The notes under the pieces were generated by a model. That model ran no database searches and had not been told where the DNA came from. It saw only the letters and a program-made list of their open reading frames with translations. A DNA stretch of 64,000 nt, from assembly GCA_045626925.1 (NCBI GenBank), contig JAZUQZ010000027.1, forward strand, positions 13,459 to 77,458. Reading direction: 5' to 3'. The position numbers and the translations under genes were made by a program. This document shows, in pieces, positions 1-8,302 of the stretch. Source of the DNA: Candidatus Aphodoplasma sp. (GTDB lineage Bacteria > Bacillota > Clostridia > UBA1381 > UMGS1253). Every line of letters begins with the position of its first letter. Positions within the stretch are counted from its first letter, which is position 1.

Positions 1-1
1 T

Positions 2-352
2 TTACAGCTCAACAAGACCAAAGCTTATAGATATAGCGGCATTGACCTTTTGCATCAGCTCTTCATCGAGACAGCCAATTTTTTCCTTAAGCCTTTTTTT
101 ATCAATCGTTCTTATCTGTTCTAAAAGTATTACAGAATCTTTATTAAGTCCATACTCCTCAGCACTTATTTCAATATGCGTCGGCATTTTTGCCTTGTTT
201 ATCTGCGAAGTAATCGCCGATGCAATTACAGTCGGACTATACTTGTTTCCGATGTCATTTTGCACTATCAAAACAGGTCGTATGCCACCTTGCTCCGAGC
301 CTATTACAGGACTTAAATCAGCATAAAAAATGTCGCCTCTTTTTACAATCAC
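2..352 (-). CDS. ndoA: MazF/PemK-family endoribonuclease toxin (EndoA)
   Basis: [33 protein letters not shown] motif; lies downstream of alr and an antitoxin, as in B. subtilis. Confidence 0.97.
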   Translation of the reverse strand: MIVKRGDIFYADLSPVIGSEQGGIRPVLIVQNDIGNKYSPTVIASAITSQINKAKMPTHIEISAEEYGLNKDSVILLEQIRTIDKKRLKEKIGCLDEELMQKVNAAISISFGLVEL

Positions 353-630
353 TAATTTTCACACTCCGATAATTTTTCCTCATAGCAAAACTGTGTATCA
401 CTATCTGCTTCAAAACACATTTCCGCGAGCGACAAATTGATGCTGCCCATCTGCGTGTACCCTTTTTTTAATTCTTCCCTTATTTTATTACATCGCTTTT
501 GTGCGACATATTCCCCTAATCCTCGTCTTATAAATTCACTTTTGCTTACTCCCTCTATTGATGAAAATTCATCAATGGCCTCTATTGTTTCCACAGGAAG
601 CGCAACCAAAACCTTTTTGTATCGTGGCAC
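352..630 (-). CDS. ndoAI: RHH/CopG antitoxin (EndoAI/MazE)
   Basis: RHH N-terminus, SKSEFIRR, and [15 protein letters not shown] motif; abuts ndoA. Confidence 0.9.
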   Translation of the reverse strand: MPRYKKVLVALPVETIEAIDEFSSIEGVSKSEFIRRGLGEYVAQKRCNKIREELKKGYTQMGSINLSLAEMCFEADSDTQFCYEEKLSECEN

Positions 631-667
631 CGTAACCCTACCCCCATTCTGCGATTATATCAAATGC

Positions 668-712
668 ACTAATATATACTTAAATTATATACTAAAAATA
701 TATATTAGTCAA
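668..712 (-). promoter_or_regulatory. Sigma-A promoter of the TA operon with overlapping inverted repeat (probable autoregulatory operator)
   Basis: Minus strand TTGACT-N17-TATAAT (712..684); perfect 11-bp IR ACTAATATATA (668-678) / TATATATTAGT (699-709). Confidence 0.6.
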
Positions 713-719
713 TGGAAGT

Positions 720-1895
720 TTATGCCAGGCTATTTAAAACATCCACAACGCTATCGCCAACGGTATATACTCTGGGCATACGCTTTCCCACAATACACAC
801 TATTTCATAGTTGATGGTCCCCATTTGTGTCGCAAGCTCGGTAGCGCTTATACACTCGTCGCCATCCTTGCCAATAATTGTCACAACATCATCTACATTT
901 ATATTATCTGCATTTGTTGCGTCAATCATACATTGGTCCATACAAATTCTTCCCACAACGGAAAGTTTTTTTCCATTATGTAACATAGACGCTTTTTTTG
1001 CAAGCAATCTTGAATAGCCATCTGCATATCCAATCGGTATCGTCGCAAGCGTTACAGGCGTATTTGTAATATACTCCTTGCCATAGCTTACGCCAATTTT
1101 TTCTTCGATATTTTTTACAAATGTCACACGCGCCTTTATGCTCATCGCTCCCTCAAGTGCAATTTTGCCCTCTGTGCGCGGCGATGGATGAAGCCCGTAC
1201 AAAACTATGCCCGGACGCACCATATCAAGATGCATATGCGGATACAAAACAATTGCCGCACTGTTGCATATGTGTCTTTTGCCGATATGAACGCCGCTTT
1301 GCATCAAAGCGTCACAAATCTTCATAAAGCGCTCATACTGCATAAAGGTATATTCATCTTCGTCTTCATCAGCGCAAGAAAGATGCGTAAAAATTCCATC
1401 AATTTCTATATTTGGAAGGCTTGCAATTTTTTTAATTTCTTCAATCGTAGCCGATGCATTTTTTTCATCACAAACAAAACCAAGTCTGCTCATTCCGGTA
1501 TCGAGCTTTATATGAATTTTTGCTGTGGTATTCTTTTTTTGTGCTGCATCGGACATAGCCTTTGCCATGTCATACGAAGAAACAGTCGGCATAACATTGT
1601 ATTCAATAAGCTCATCACAAAACTCACGATTTGTATTGCCCAAAATCAAAATCGGCACATCAAAACCAAGTCTGCGCAATTGTTTTGCTTCATCAAGCAT
1701 TGCAACTGCAAACGCATCGGCACCATTTTCAAGCAATGTTTTCGCGATTTGAAAAACACCGTGCCCATATGCATCTGCCTTTATAACTGCCATAATTTTT
1801 GCGTTTTTGCTCGTTATTTTTCTTATATTTTTAAAATTTGATGCAATTGCATCAAGGCTTATCTGTACCCATGCGCGCTGTGTATTGCTATCCAT
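720..1895 (-). CDS. alr: Alanine racemase
   Basis: AVIKADAYGHG PLP lysine motif, GYADG, GRICMDQ; start placed at MDSNTQ after AGAGGG RBS. Confidence 0.97.
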   Translation of the reverse strand: MDSNTQRAWVQISLDAIASNFKNIRKITSKNAKIMAVIKADAYGHGVFQIAKTLLENGADAFAVAMLDEAKQLRRLGFDVPILILGNTNREFCDELIEYNVMPTVSSYDMAKAMSDAAQKKNTTAKIHIKLDTGMSRLGFVCDEKNASATIEEIKKIASLPNIEIDGIFTHLSCADEDEDEYTFMQYERFMKICDALMQSGVHIGKRHICNSAAIVLYPHMHLDMVRPGIVLYGLHPSPRTEGKIALEGAMSIKARVTFVKNIEEKIGVSYGKEYITNTPVTLATIPIGYADGYSRLLAKKASMLHNGKKLSVVGRICMDQCMIDATNADNINVDDVVTIIGKDGDECISATELATQMGTINYEIVCIVGKRMPRVYTVGDSVVDVLNSLA

Positions 1896-1963
1896 TATAT
1901 TCCCTCTTTTGTCTGAATTTATTAGTTTTTTATCAAACTGGTTTGTAAAAAATGTTTTATAAA

Positions 1964-3505
1964 TCATTTTTCTTTATAAATCTTACAAAATGCATCCGGC
2001 AACATATCAAGTATATCACCTGCCACCATTGATGTCATACCAAACTTTTGTTTTGCCATATCACCTGCAAGAGCGTGTATATATACTGCGCACGCCGATG
2101 CAACATCGGCTTTTTCGTTGCTATGCAAAAGCGACGCAATTACACCACAGAGCACATCACCACTGCCACCCGTTGCCATACCTTGGTTTCCGGCGCTGTT
2201 ATTTATATATGCTTTTGTGCCACTTGCTATAACAGTATATGCCCCCTTCAGTACGACTGTGATATCGTATTTGTTTGCAAAGTCTTTTGCACACTTTATC
2301 GCATTTTTTTCGACATATTCCGGACTTTGCAAAATAAGTCGTCCCATCTCGGCATGATGCGGTGTAATTATCACATTTGCATTTGTGTTTTCAAGCACAC
2401 TGGTATCAAGCGAAAGTGCATACAACGCATCTGCATCTATAATAATATTTTTGTCATAGTTTTTAAGACATTCCCGCAAAATATATGTCACACTTTCATC
2501 GCGTCCTATGCCCGGTCCAATAACAAGTGTGTCGCACTTTTGTGCAAAAGCTAAGATTTCATCAATTGCATCTTTTGATATAATACCGTTTTCTTGTTCA
2601 CATAGCACGATGCTCATCGCCTCTGTAACCTTTTTTTCAAAAATTTCATTTATTCCCACAGGCAAGCCGACAGTTACAAGCCCTGCACCACTTTTAAGCG
2701 CTGCGCCTGCACTCATACACACAGCACCGCTCATCCCTCGGCTACCACCTACTATAAACGCCTTGCCACAGTTTCCCTTGTGGCTGTTTCTCTTGCGCTC
2801 GGCCATATTAGTACTTACAAAATTGAGCCCAATCGTTTCATCTGCTTCATATTTGTTTATAACTGCAGGAGGTATGCCAATATCAGCTATGCATACCTCG
2901 CCACAAAATCCGGCAGCAGGAAACATCAATTGGGCGGGCTTGTAGCCTGTAAAGGTTACTGTTTTATCAGCACAAACTGCACAGGCGCACTCCCCTGTAT
3001 CGGCACATACGCCGCTTGGCACATCAACTGATAATACATACGCATCCGACTCATTTATAAGCCGTACAAGCTGCTCATCGCTTTGTGACAACGGCGCCCT
3101 AAAGCCGAATCCATAAAGTGCATCCACAATAATATCAGACGATTTCGCATATTCAGTTATTTTTTCAAAATCACTTATAATATCGATTGAAAGTTTTTTT
3201 GCAATTTCATAGTTTGTTTTGCAATCGCCAAAAAGTTTTGATACATCATCAATAAATGCGATTTTTACACTTTCAAAAATGCCAAGAAGCTGCCTTGCCA
3301 ATGCAAAACCATCACCGCCATTATTTCCTCTTCCGCAAACGATAAGCGCACGATTTTTATTTATATTTTCAAGCTTTATAATCTCATTTTTTATTGCAAG
3401 CGCTGCATTTTCCATAAGAAGAATGCCTTCTATGCCGTATTCTTCAATAGTTTCTTTATCAATGCGTCGCATCTGGTCAGCGCTGTAAACCTTCACGCTC
3501 ATCAC
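1964..3505 (-). CDS. nnr: Bifunctional NAD(P)H-hydrate epimerase/dehydratase
   Basis: YjeF N-domain GNNGGDG; C-domain TPHxxE and GGSGDVL. Confidence 0.95.
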   Translation of the reverse strand: MMSVKVYSADQMRRIDKETIEEYGIEGILLMENAALAIKNEIIKLENINKNRALIVCGRGNNGGDGFALARQLLGIFESVKIAFIDDVSKLFGDCKTNYEIAKKLSIDIISDFEKITEYAKSSDIIVDALYGFGFRAPLSQSDEQLVRLINESDAYVLSVDVPSGVCADTGECACAVCADKTVTFTGYKPAQLMFPAAGFCGEVCIADIGIPPAVINKYEADETIGLNFVSTNMAERKRNSHKGNCGKAFIVGGSRGMSGAVCMSAGAALKSGAGLVTVGLPVGINEIFEKKVTEAMSIVLCEQENGIISKDAIDEILAFAQKCDTLVIGPGIGRDESVTYILRECLKNYDKNIIIDADALYALSLDTSVLENTNANVIITPHHAEMGRLILQSPEYVEKNAIKCAKDFANKYDITVVLKGAYTVIASGTKAYINNSAGNQGMATGGSGDVLCGVIASLLHSNEKADVASACAVYIHALAGDMAKQKFGMTSMVAGDILDMLPDAFCKIYKEK

Positions 3506-3879
3506 CCCTCTAATATAACAAACGCAACTGCGTCACTGTCTGTGTTTGACAATGTAAGATGTATATTTGATACGCCACGCTCTTCTAGAAGCTTTTTCGC
3601 CTTTCCGCAAAGTGATACATACGGCTTCCCAAGCTCATCGCGAAGCACTTCAACCTCGCACAACGAAAACCCGCGCACCCCCATGCCAAGCGCCTTTGAA
3701 AAAGCCTCTTTTGCTGCAAAGTTATTTGCCACACTCGGTATCATATTAGCCTTTTTCTTTAAAAATTCTCTTTCACTTATTCCAAAGTATTCGTCTAAAA
3801 AGCGCGGATTTTGGCACGCATTTTCTATTCTTTCAATTTTTACAATATCTGTTCCGATTCCAATTATCACAAGCATCAC
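3502..3879 (-). CDS. acpS: Holo-ACP synthase
   Basis: GIGTDIV and FAAKEAFSKALG motifs. Confidence 0.95.
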   Translation of the reverse strand: MMLVIIGIGTDIVKIERIENACQNPRFLDEYFGISEREFLKKKANMIPSVANNFAAKEAFSKALGMGVRGFSLCEVEVLRDELGKPYVSLCGKAKKLLEERGVSNIHLTLSNTDSDAVAFVILEG

Positions 3880-3898
3880 AGCCTATCAAATTTGATAT

Positions 3899-4435
3899 TT
3901 ATTCATCAAGTAAAAATACATTTCGCGGATTAAAAAACTTTATAGCCTCAATAAGCTTATCCGTCGGCTCAAAATACAAGCGTACCCTGTCCCCATTTTG
4001 TAAAAAATCGGCAAAATACAATTTTTGATTATGCATATTAGCCGCCATATAATAATACTTTTTCATGTCCGATACATCAAGATATTGCTCTTTAAAGCGT
4101 TCATTATACGCAGGCGCACATATTGTAAACTCGCGCACCTTTACGCTCAAAACATGGACGCGTCTGCGTTTTGAATATATTGTATCAATATCAAGCTCGC
4201 CGTTTGTAAAAGAATACTCGTGCTCAACATTTTGCCTTGATATTACGATATACACTCCGTACCAGATTATTGCCACAACGAAAATCCATAATAAAAACAT
4301 AAGCTTTGGCGTAATCGTTATCAAAAATCCTACAACTATACACAAAGCAATCGCCAAAATAATAACGCCAAGAATTTTTAATCTATCCTTAGCCGTCTTT
4401 TTCTTTGAAATCATACATTCTATAAAAGTGTCCAT
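3899..4435 (-). CDS. Conserved clostridial membrane protein (DUF6106-like)
   Basis: Two TM helices followed by EHEYSFTNGELDID. Confidence 0.75.
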   Translation of the reverse strand: MDTFIECMISKKKTAKDRLKILGVIILAIALCIVVGFLITITPKLMFLLWIFVVAIIWYGVYIVISRQNVEHEYSFTNGELDIDTIYSKRRRVHVLSVKVREFTICAPAYNERFKEQYLDVSDMKKYYYMAANMHNQKLYFADFLQNGDRVRLYFEPTDKLIEAIKFFNPRNVFLLDE

Positions 4436-4502
4436 TTTTTGCCCTCCGAAAACACATTTCTACCCCTTTTATTTTATCATACAAAATTTTCAATTACAAG
4501 GG

Positions 4503-4531
4503 TTGACAAAGCAAAAAAAATATTATATACT
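4503..4531 (+). promoter_or_regulatory. Sigma-A promoter of tRNA-Leu
   Basis: TTGACA-N17-TATACT. Confidence 0.8.
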
Positions 4532-4545
4532 TATACTCGTTGTTT

Positions 4546-4629
4546 GCGAGTGTGCTGGAATCGGCAGACAGGCACGTTTGAGGGGCGTGTGCTTATGGCG
4601 TATGGGTTCAAGTCCCATCACTCGCACCA
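4546..4629 (+). tRNA. tRNA-Leu(GAG)
   Basis: GCGAGTG/CACTCGC acceptor stem, anticodon loop TTGAGGG, long variable arm, GGTTCAAGTCC T-arm, encoded CCA. Confidence 0.97.
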
Positions 4630-4630
4630 A

Positions 4631-4670
4631 AAAAGAACGATTATTGTGATACAATAGTCGTTCTTTTTTT
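4631..4670 (+). terminator. Intrinsic terminator after tRNA-Leu
   Basis: AAAAGAACGATTATTG...CAATAGTCGTTCTTTTTTT hairpin with T-tract. Confidence 0.8.
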
Positions 4671-4824
4671 GCCCTTAAAACCTAGAGTTTACGAGGCTTT
4701 CAGCATTTTATGGTTTTTTCGAGATATCTATAAAATATGCCGCAAGGATGATTTTTAATTCCTTACGGCTTTTTTCTTTTTCTGTTAAAGTAATCGTTCA
4801 TTTTTAACAAAAGGGGTTCGATAT

Positions 4825-4852
4825 ATACTTATTGTATGTAGACTTATGGTAT
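4825..4852 (+). promoter_or_regulatory. C-box (R-M controller operator)
   Basis: ATACTTATTGTAT-GT-AGACTTATGGTAT: two tandem GACTTATAGTC-like boxes around a central GT, upstream of the XRE gene. Confidence 0.65.
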
Positions 4853-4891
4853 TCATTTTGCTAATATATAAACAAATGGAGGAATGTAATT

Positions 4892-5101
4892 ATGGATATT
4901 GTAAAAGTATTTGGAGCTAACTTAAAAAAGTATCGTACTGCCATGGAAATATCTCAAGAAGCTTTTGCCGAAAAGTGCGGAATGCATCGTACATATATTA
5001 GTGCAATTGAATGTTATCGTAGGAGCATTTCGCTAGAAAACATTCAACGAATTGCAGATGCACTTGAAATTGAAACCTATAAATTATTTTTGGAGAAATA
5101 A
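4892..5101 (+). CDS. XRE-family HTH regulator, probable R-M controller (C) protein
   Basis: SQEAFAEKCGMHRTYISAIE HTH; GGAGG RBS; precedes nuclease genes. Confidence 0.85.
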   Translation: MDIVKVFGANLKKYRTAMEISQEAFAEKCGMHRTYISAIECYRRSISLENIQRIADALEIETYKLFLEK

Positions 5102-5103
5102 GT

Positions 5104-5952
5104 ATGGAACACAGAGATAGAGCAAGTGGTTGGAAACACGCTAAACTTTCAGGACATTCAAACGAAGCACTCGTAAAGAAATTATTGGATACTGACAAAG
5201 CATATCTGCAATCTTTGCTTGACAGAATGGGATACGGCAATGAAGTTGTTGTAGAAACATCTATTGGCGGTCTGCACGAGACAAATGTCCCGAGTATTAT
5301 TGGAAATAAAACAAAATCTAAAACTGACCTTAAGATTAAGTGTCAAAGCGGAAGAGAAATCAACATTTCCATAAAGAAAAGTTTGGGCGGACAAGTTTAT
5401 TTTGTTCGTGCTGGTTTGTTTATTGAAGTATTTGAAAAACAATTTGGTAAGAAAATACCCAATGATGTTGTAAGGGCAATTGAACTGTTTTGGGCAGCCG
5501 CGGAAGATGCACCTGAAATAATAGAAGATTATGCAGATAAAAATGACGAAAAATCATATAATCTGCAAATTCGACACAAAAGTCTAAATGCAACTACATT
5601 AAAAATCTACGACTCATCACTATATGACGCCTTGTTGAACTGGTTCAAGAACAATGCTTATGAATTGACAAAAATCTCGTTCACAATGGGGGCGGCTCGA
5701 GATAAAAGCGAATGGTCTGAATTTGTATGGTACATAAATCTTCTTGGCGAGAATGATATTGATGAAATTTTCCATATAGATGATATTTGTAATGCTGTAT
5801 ACGATGTAGCAGATACCGAAACTTTTTATGGAAGTAGTAATGGAGGTACAACAATTCAGTTGCCTTTCGGATTTGTTCAATGGCATCAGGCACAGTTGCA
5901 GTTCCATCACAATTATGATAAAGTATATAATTTGTTGAAGGGGGAATTATAA
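5104..5952 (+). CDS. Putative MspI/HinP1I-family restriction endonuclease
   Basis: AKLSGHSNE, KTD..NISIK, LNWFKNN and C-terminal QLQFH parallel the recalled HinP1I motifs (AKDGFKNE, KSD..NIQVK, LNWLEKN, MLQFK). Confidence 0.65.
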   Translation: MEHRDRASGWKHAKLSGHSNEALVKKLLDTDKAYLQSLLDRMGYGNEVVVETSIGGLHETNVPSIIGNKTKSKTDLKIKCQSGREINISIKKSLGGQVYFVRAGLFIEVFEKQFGKKIPNDVVRAIELFWAAAEDAPEIIEDYADKNDEKSYNLQIRHKSLNATTLKIYDSSLYDALLNWFKNNAYELTKISFTMGAARDKSEWSEFVWYINLLGENDIDEIFHIDDICNAVYDVADTETFYGSSNGGTTIQLPFGFVQWHQAQLQFHHNYDKVYNLLKGEL

Positions 5953-6608
5953 TGGGCGCATTTACAGGTTCACAAAATTTTTTCAACTACCCTCTTACGG
6001 ATGTGGCACGCAGATTGAGATATTCTCAAGATAATTTGCTAATTTTAGAGGGAGACATCCAATCACTTCAAAATTTATTTCCAGAAACATATAGAAACAT
6101 TATGTCTTGCCAACATCATAGAGATCATCGAACGCCATTGGAATATGCTCAAGATTTAGTTGCATCTTGGTTAGTTGAAGATAGTTTTCTTGATGTTCTC
6201 AATAGCAATGGTCTGCATGCTACCCTTGATGGTGCAGACCGTAATAGAAGAATCCTTGCAAATGTTAGAACATCTGCTTCAAGTGACTTTATTGTTTCAT
6301 ATAATGGTTGCTCAAGAAAACTAGAATTGATGAATGACTACACTGGCTACTGGGCGCGAACAGGTTTGCTAGATTTGAGGGATAGTAAATACCAAAGTTT
6401 ATCTACAGAACAATCATTATTCCTTGCTGTGTCCACCATGACAAGAGAGTTCGCATTATTTGATTTCCGTGAAACAATATCTGCTCGTTTCATTCAATCA
6501 CACATTCCTTATGGTAGAAAACCTGCTTATCAAATTGGGATTACTGGCGATATGATGAATGAGGCAACCTCATATAATATTACAGAAACAATTAAACTCC
6601 ATTTGTAA
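5952..6608 (+). CDS. Hypothetical protein, putative PD-(D/E)xK nuclease
   Basis: Coupled to the upstream gene (TAATG overlap); WLVED helix, SDF..KLE, DLRDSK. Confidence 0.5.
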   Translation: MGAFTGSQNFFNYPLTDVARRLRYSQDNLLILEGDIQSLQNLFPETYRNIMSCQHHRDHRTPLEYAQDLVASWLVEDSFLDVLNSNGLHATLDGADRNRRILANVRTSASSDFIVSYNGCSRKLELMNDYTGYWARTGLLDLRDSKYQSLSTEQSLFLAVSTMTREFALFDFRETISARFIQSHIPYGRKPAYQIGITGDMMNEATSYNITETIKLHL

Positions 6609-6638
6609 AAGAGAGGTTGGCAATCCAACCTCTCTTTT
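6607..6638. terminator. Bidirectional terminator between the nuclease and methyltransferase operons
   Basis: AAAAGAGAGGTTGG-CAAT-CCAACCTCTCTTTT perfect hairpin. Confidence 0.85.
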
Positions 6639-6645
6639 ATTTGTG

Positions 6646-7716
6646 TTATTCCATCGCTTTTAACATTTGCTTTGCAATCGCAGTTGAAAGCAAAGGTGGA
6701 ACAGCATTGCCAATTTCCAACCTTTTCATTCCATCGGAACCATAAAATTTGTAATCATCAGGAAAGCTTTGTAACCTAGCACCTTCACGTATTGACATTG
6801 CCCTAGAATCTCTTGGATGAATACAACGAGAAGATGAAGGACAAGCAAAGTTTCTTGTTATTGTAGTAGAAGGTTTTTCCCACCACAACTTTGCATAGGT
6901 ATTTCCATATCCACTTTTAGGGCGGATTTCTTCGGGCAAATCATCCTTGGATTGTCCGTCTTTTAAGGTTTCCATAATTCGCACAAGGTGTTCTCCGTTT
7001 TTTGGAGCACTATGTTCTTCAACAATATCAGTAGCGTTTTTTCTAACAAACTGAAGAAATTCATTTGCTGCATCACTTGCATAATTGGATTTCTTCTCAC
7101 CACTTTTTAATGCCGGCAAATCGCCAATAGCATCTTTCAAAGTAACATAGGGTTTTAACTTTCCCCCGTGAGTAGGTTCAGGATAAGCAAAGTTGTTCTC
7201 TCCCTTAAACCCAACAAGAATTACCCTTTCTCTGTGTTGAGGTACACCAAAGTTTACAGCATCCAACACTTGATATTTTAACTTGTATCCTAAATCTTCA
7301 AACTCTGCTTGGACTTGCTTGAAAAGATTTCCCTTATCCATGCTTAAAATGCCTACAACATTTTCAAACACGAAAGCCTTGGGCTGTAAGATTTTAAGAA
7401 CTCTTTTATATTGCATAAACAAATTGGCTCTGTCGTCCATTTGTCTTTTGCCAAGAGTTGAATAAGACTGACAAGGTGGACCTCCAACAACTATATCAAT
7501 CTTATTACCGCCTAATGCTTTTTTTAGAACCTCTTCAGTTAAACTGTTGATGTCACAATTTAACATATTTACATCAGGATGATTAAGTTTGTATGCAATA
7601 GAAATATCCTTTTCAATTTCATTTGCTGCAATAATGTTGAATTTTGAAAGTTTAGAAAAGCCATAACTTAGTCCACCGACGCCAGCAAACAAGTCAATAA
7701 TATTATATTTTTTCAT
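6646..7716 (-). CDS. DNA (cytosine-5)-methyltransferase
   Basis: DLFAGVGG (I), GGPPCQ (IV), FENV (VI), QHRER (VIII), RLQSFPD (IX), IGNAVPP (X); start MKKYN after GGAGG. Confidence 0.97.
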   Translation of the reverse strand: MKKYNIIDLFAGVGGLSYGFSKLSKFNIIAANEIEKDISIAYKLNHPDVNMLNCDINSLTEEVLKKALGGNKIDIVVGGPPCQSYSTLGKRQMDDRANLFMQYKRVLKILQPKAFVFENVVGILSMDKGNLFKQVQAEFEDLGYKLKYQVLDAVNFGVPQHRERVILVGFKGENNFAYPEPTHGGKLKPYVTLKDAIGDLPALKSGEKKSNYASDAANEFLQFVRKNATDIVEEHSAPKNGEHLVRIMETLKDGQSKDDLPEEIRPKSGYGNTYAKLWWEKPSTTITRNFACPSSSRCIHPRDSRAMSIREGARLQSFPDDYKFYGSDGMKRLEIGNAVPPLLSTAIAKQMLKAME

Positions 7717-7951
7717 GTTGCCCTCCAAATTCAAACCAAAGATTACAAGCCCTTCTCAATTGCGATTTTATAAACATAGATTTTTCAGAAAACTCTTTAT
7801 TAGAATTCAGCTTTTTAAGTGTTGAACCTCCAAACTCATTAATATTTAACATTTTGCATATACGCTTGCATCTAGAAACAACATCTTTCGCAGCGCGTTG
7901 GCTTAATTTTTTCTCACTCAACAGCCAATTCAGAAAATCATCGTAATTCAT
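7703..7951 (-). CDS. Small helical protein co-transcribed with the methyltransferase
   Basis: 82 aa, GGAGG RBS, 14-bp overlap with the MTase gene. Confidence 0.7.
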   Translation of the reverse strand: MNYDDFLNWLLSEKKLSQRAAKDVVSRCKRICKMLNINEFGGSTLKKLNSNKEFSEKSMFIKSQLRRACNLWFEFGGQHEKI

Positions 7952-7978
7952 ATATACCTCCGAGATTGTTATGATAAA

Positions 7979-8007
7979 ATTATAGCACAAAATTACGTCA
8001 ACGTCAA
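7979..8007 (-). promoter_or_regulatory. Sigma-A promoter of the methyltransferase operon
   Basis: Minus strand TTGACG-N17-TATAAT with TG extended -10. Confidence 0.7.
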
Positions 8008-8262
8008 CATAAAAAACAAAACGGTGGTCACTTTTTCAAAATGGTGGTCAAAAAATCATATTGAAACAAGAGTTGATGTTTGTATCAAAATATGCATTCT
8101 TACCCAGAAAAGATGTTTGTAACCGTATGTTACAAACATCTTTTTTATTTTTCTATTTAACTTGTTCCAATACCACCTCAAACATTTCGTGCCAACTATC
8201 CTTCCAATCAAATTCAAGTAAAAAGTATATATCCAATATTTAATCCACAGCCTAATGTAAAT

Positions 8263-8302
8263 AAAAAATATCCGCAGACATTAAAGTCTGCGGATATTTT
8301 TT
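8263..8302 (-). terminator. Terminator downstream of spoIVB
   Basis: AAAAAATATCCGCAGAC-ATTAAA-GTCTGCGGATATTTTTT hairpin. Confidence 0.8.

Larger units (their letters stand above)
4671..8260. mobile_element. Integrase-less genomic islet at the tRNA-Leu 3' end carrying an R-M-like locus
   Basis: Sits directly after the tRNA; defence genes with AT-richer, atypical codon usage; core genes resume at spoIVB; no integrase or att duplication seen. Confidence 0.6.

Noticed and set aside
6607-6638. GAGG/CCTC inside the islet terminator as methylation-dependent regulation
   Set aside because: Four-base matches are frequent by chance, the MTase specificity is only inferred, and the hairpin acts at the RNA level.
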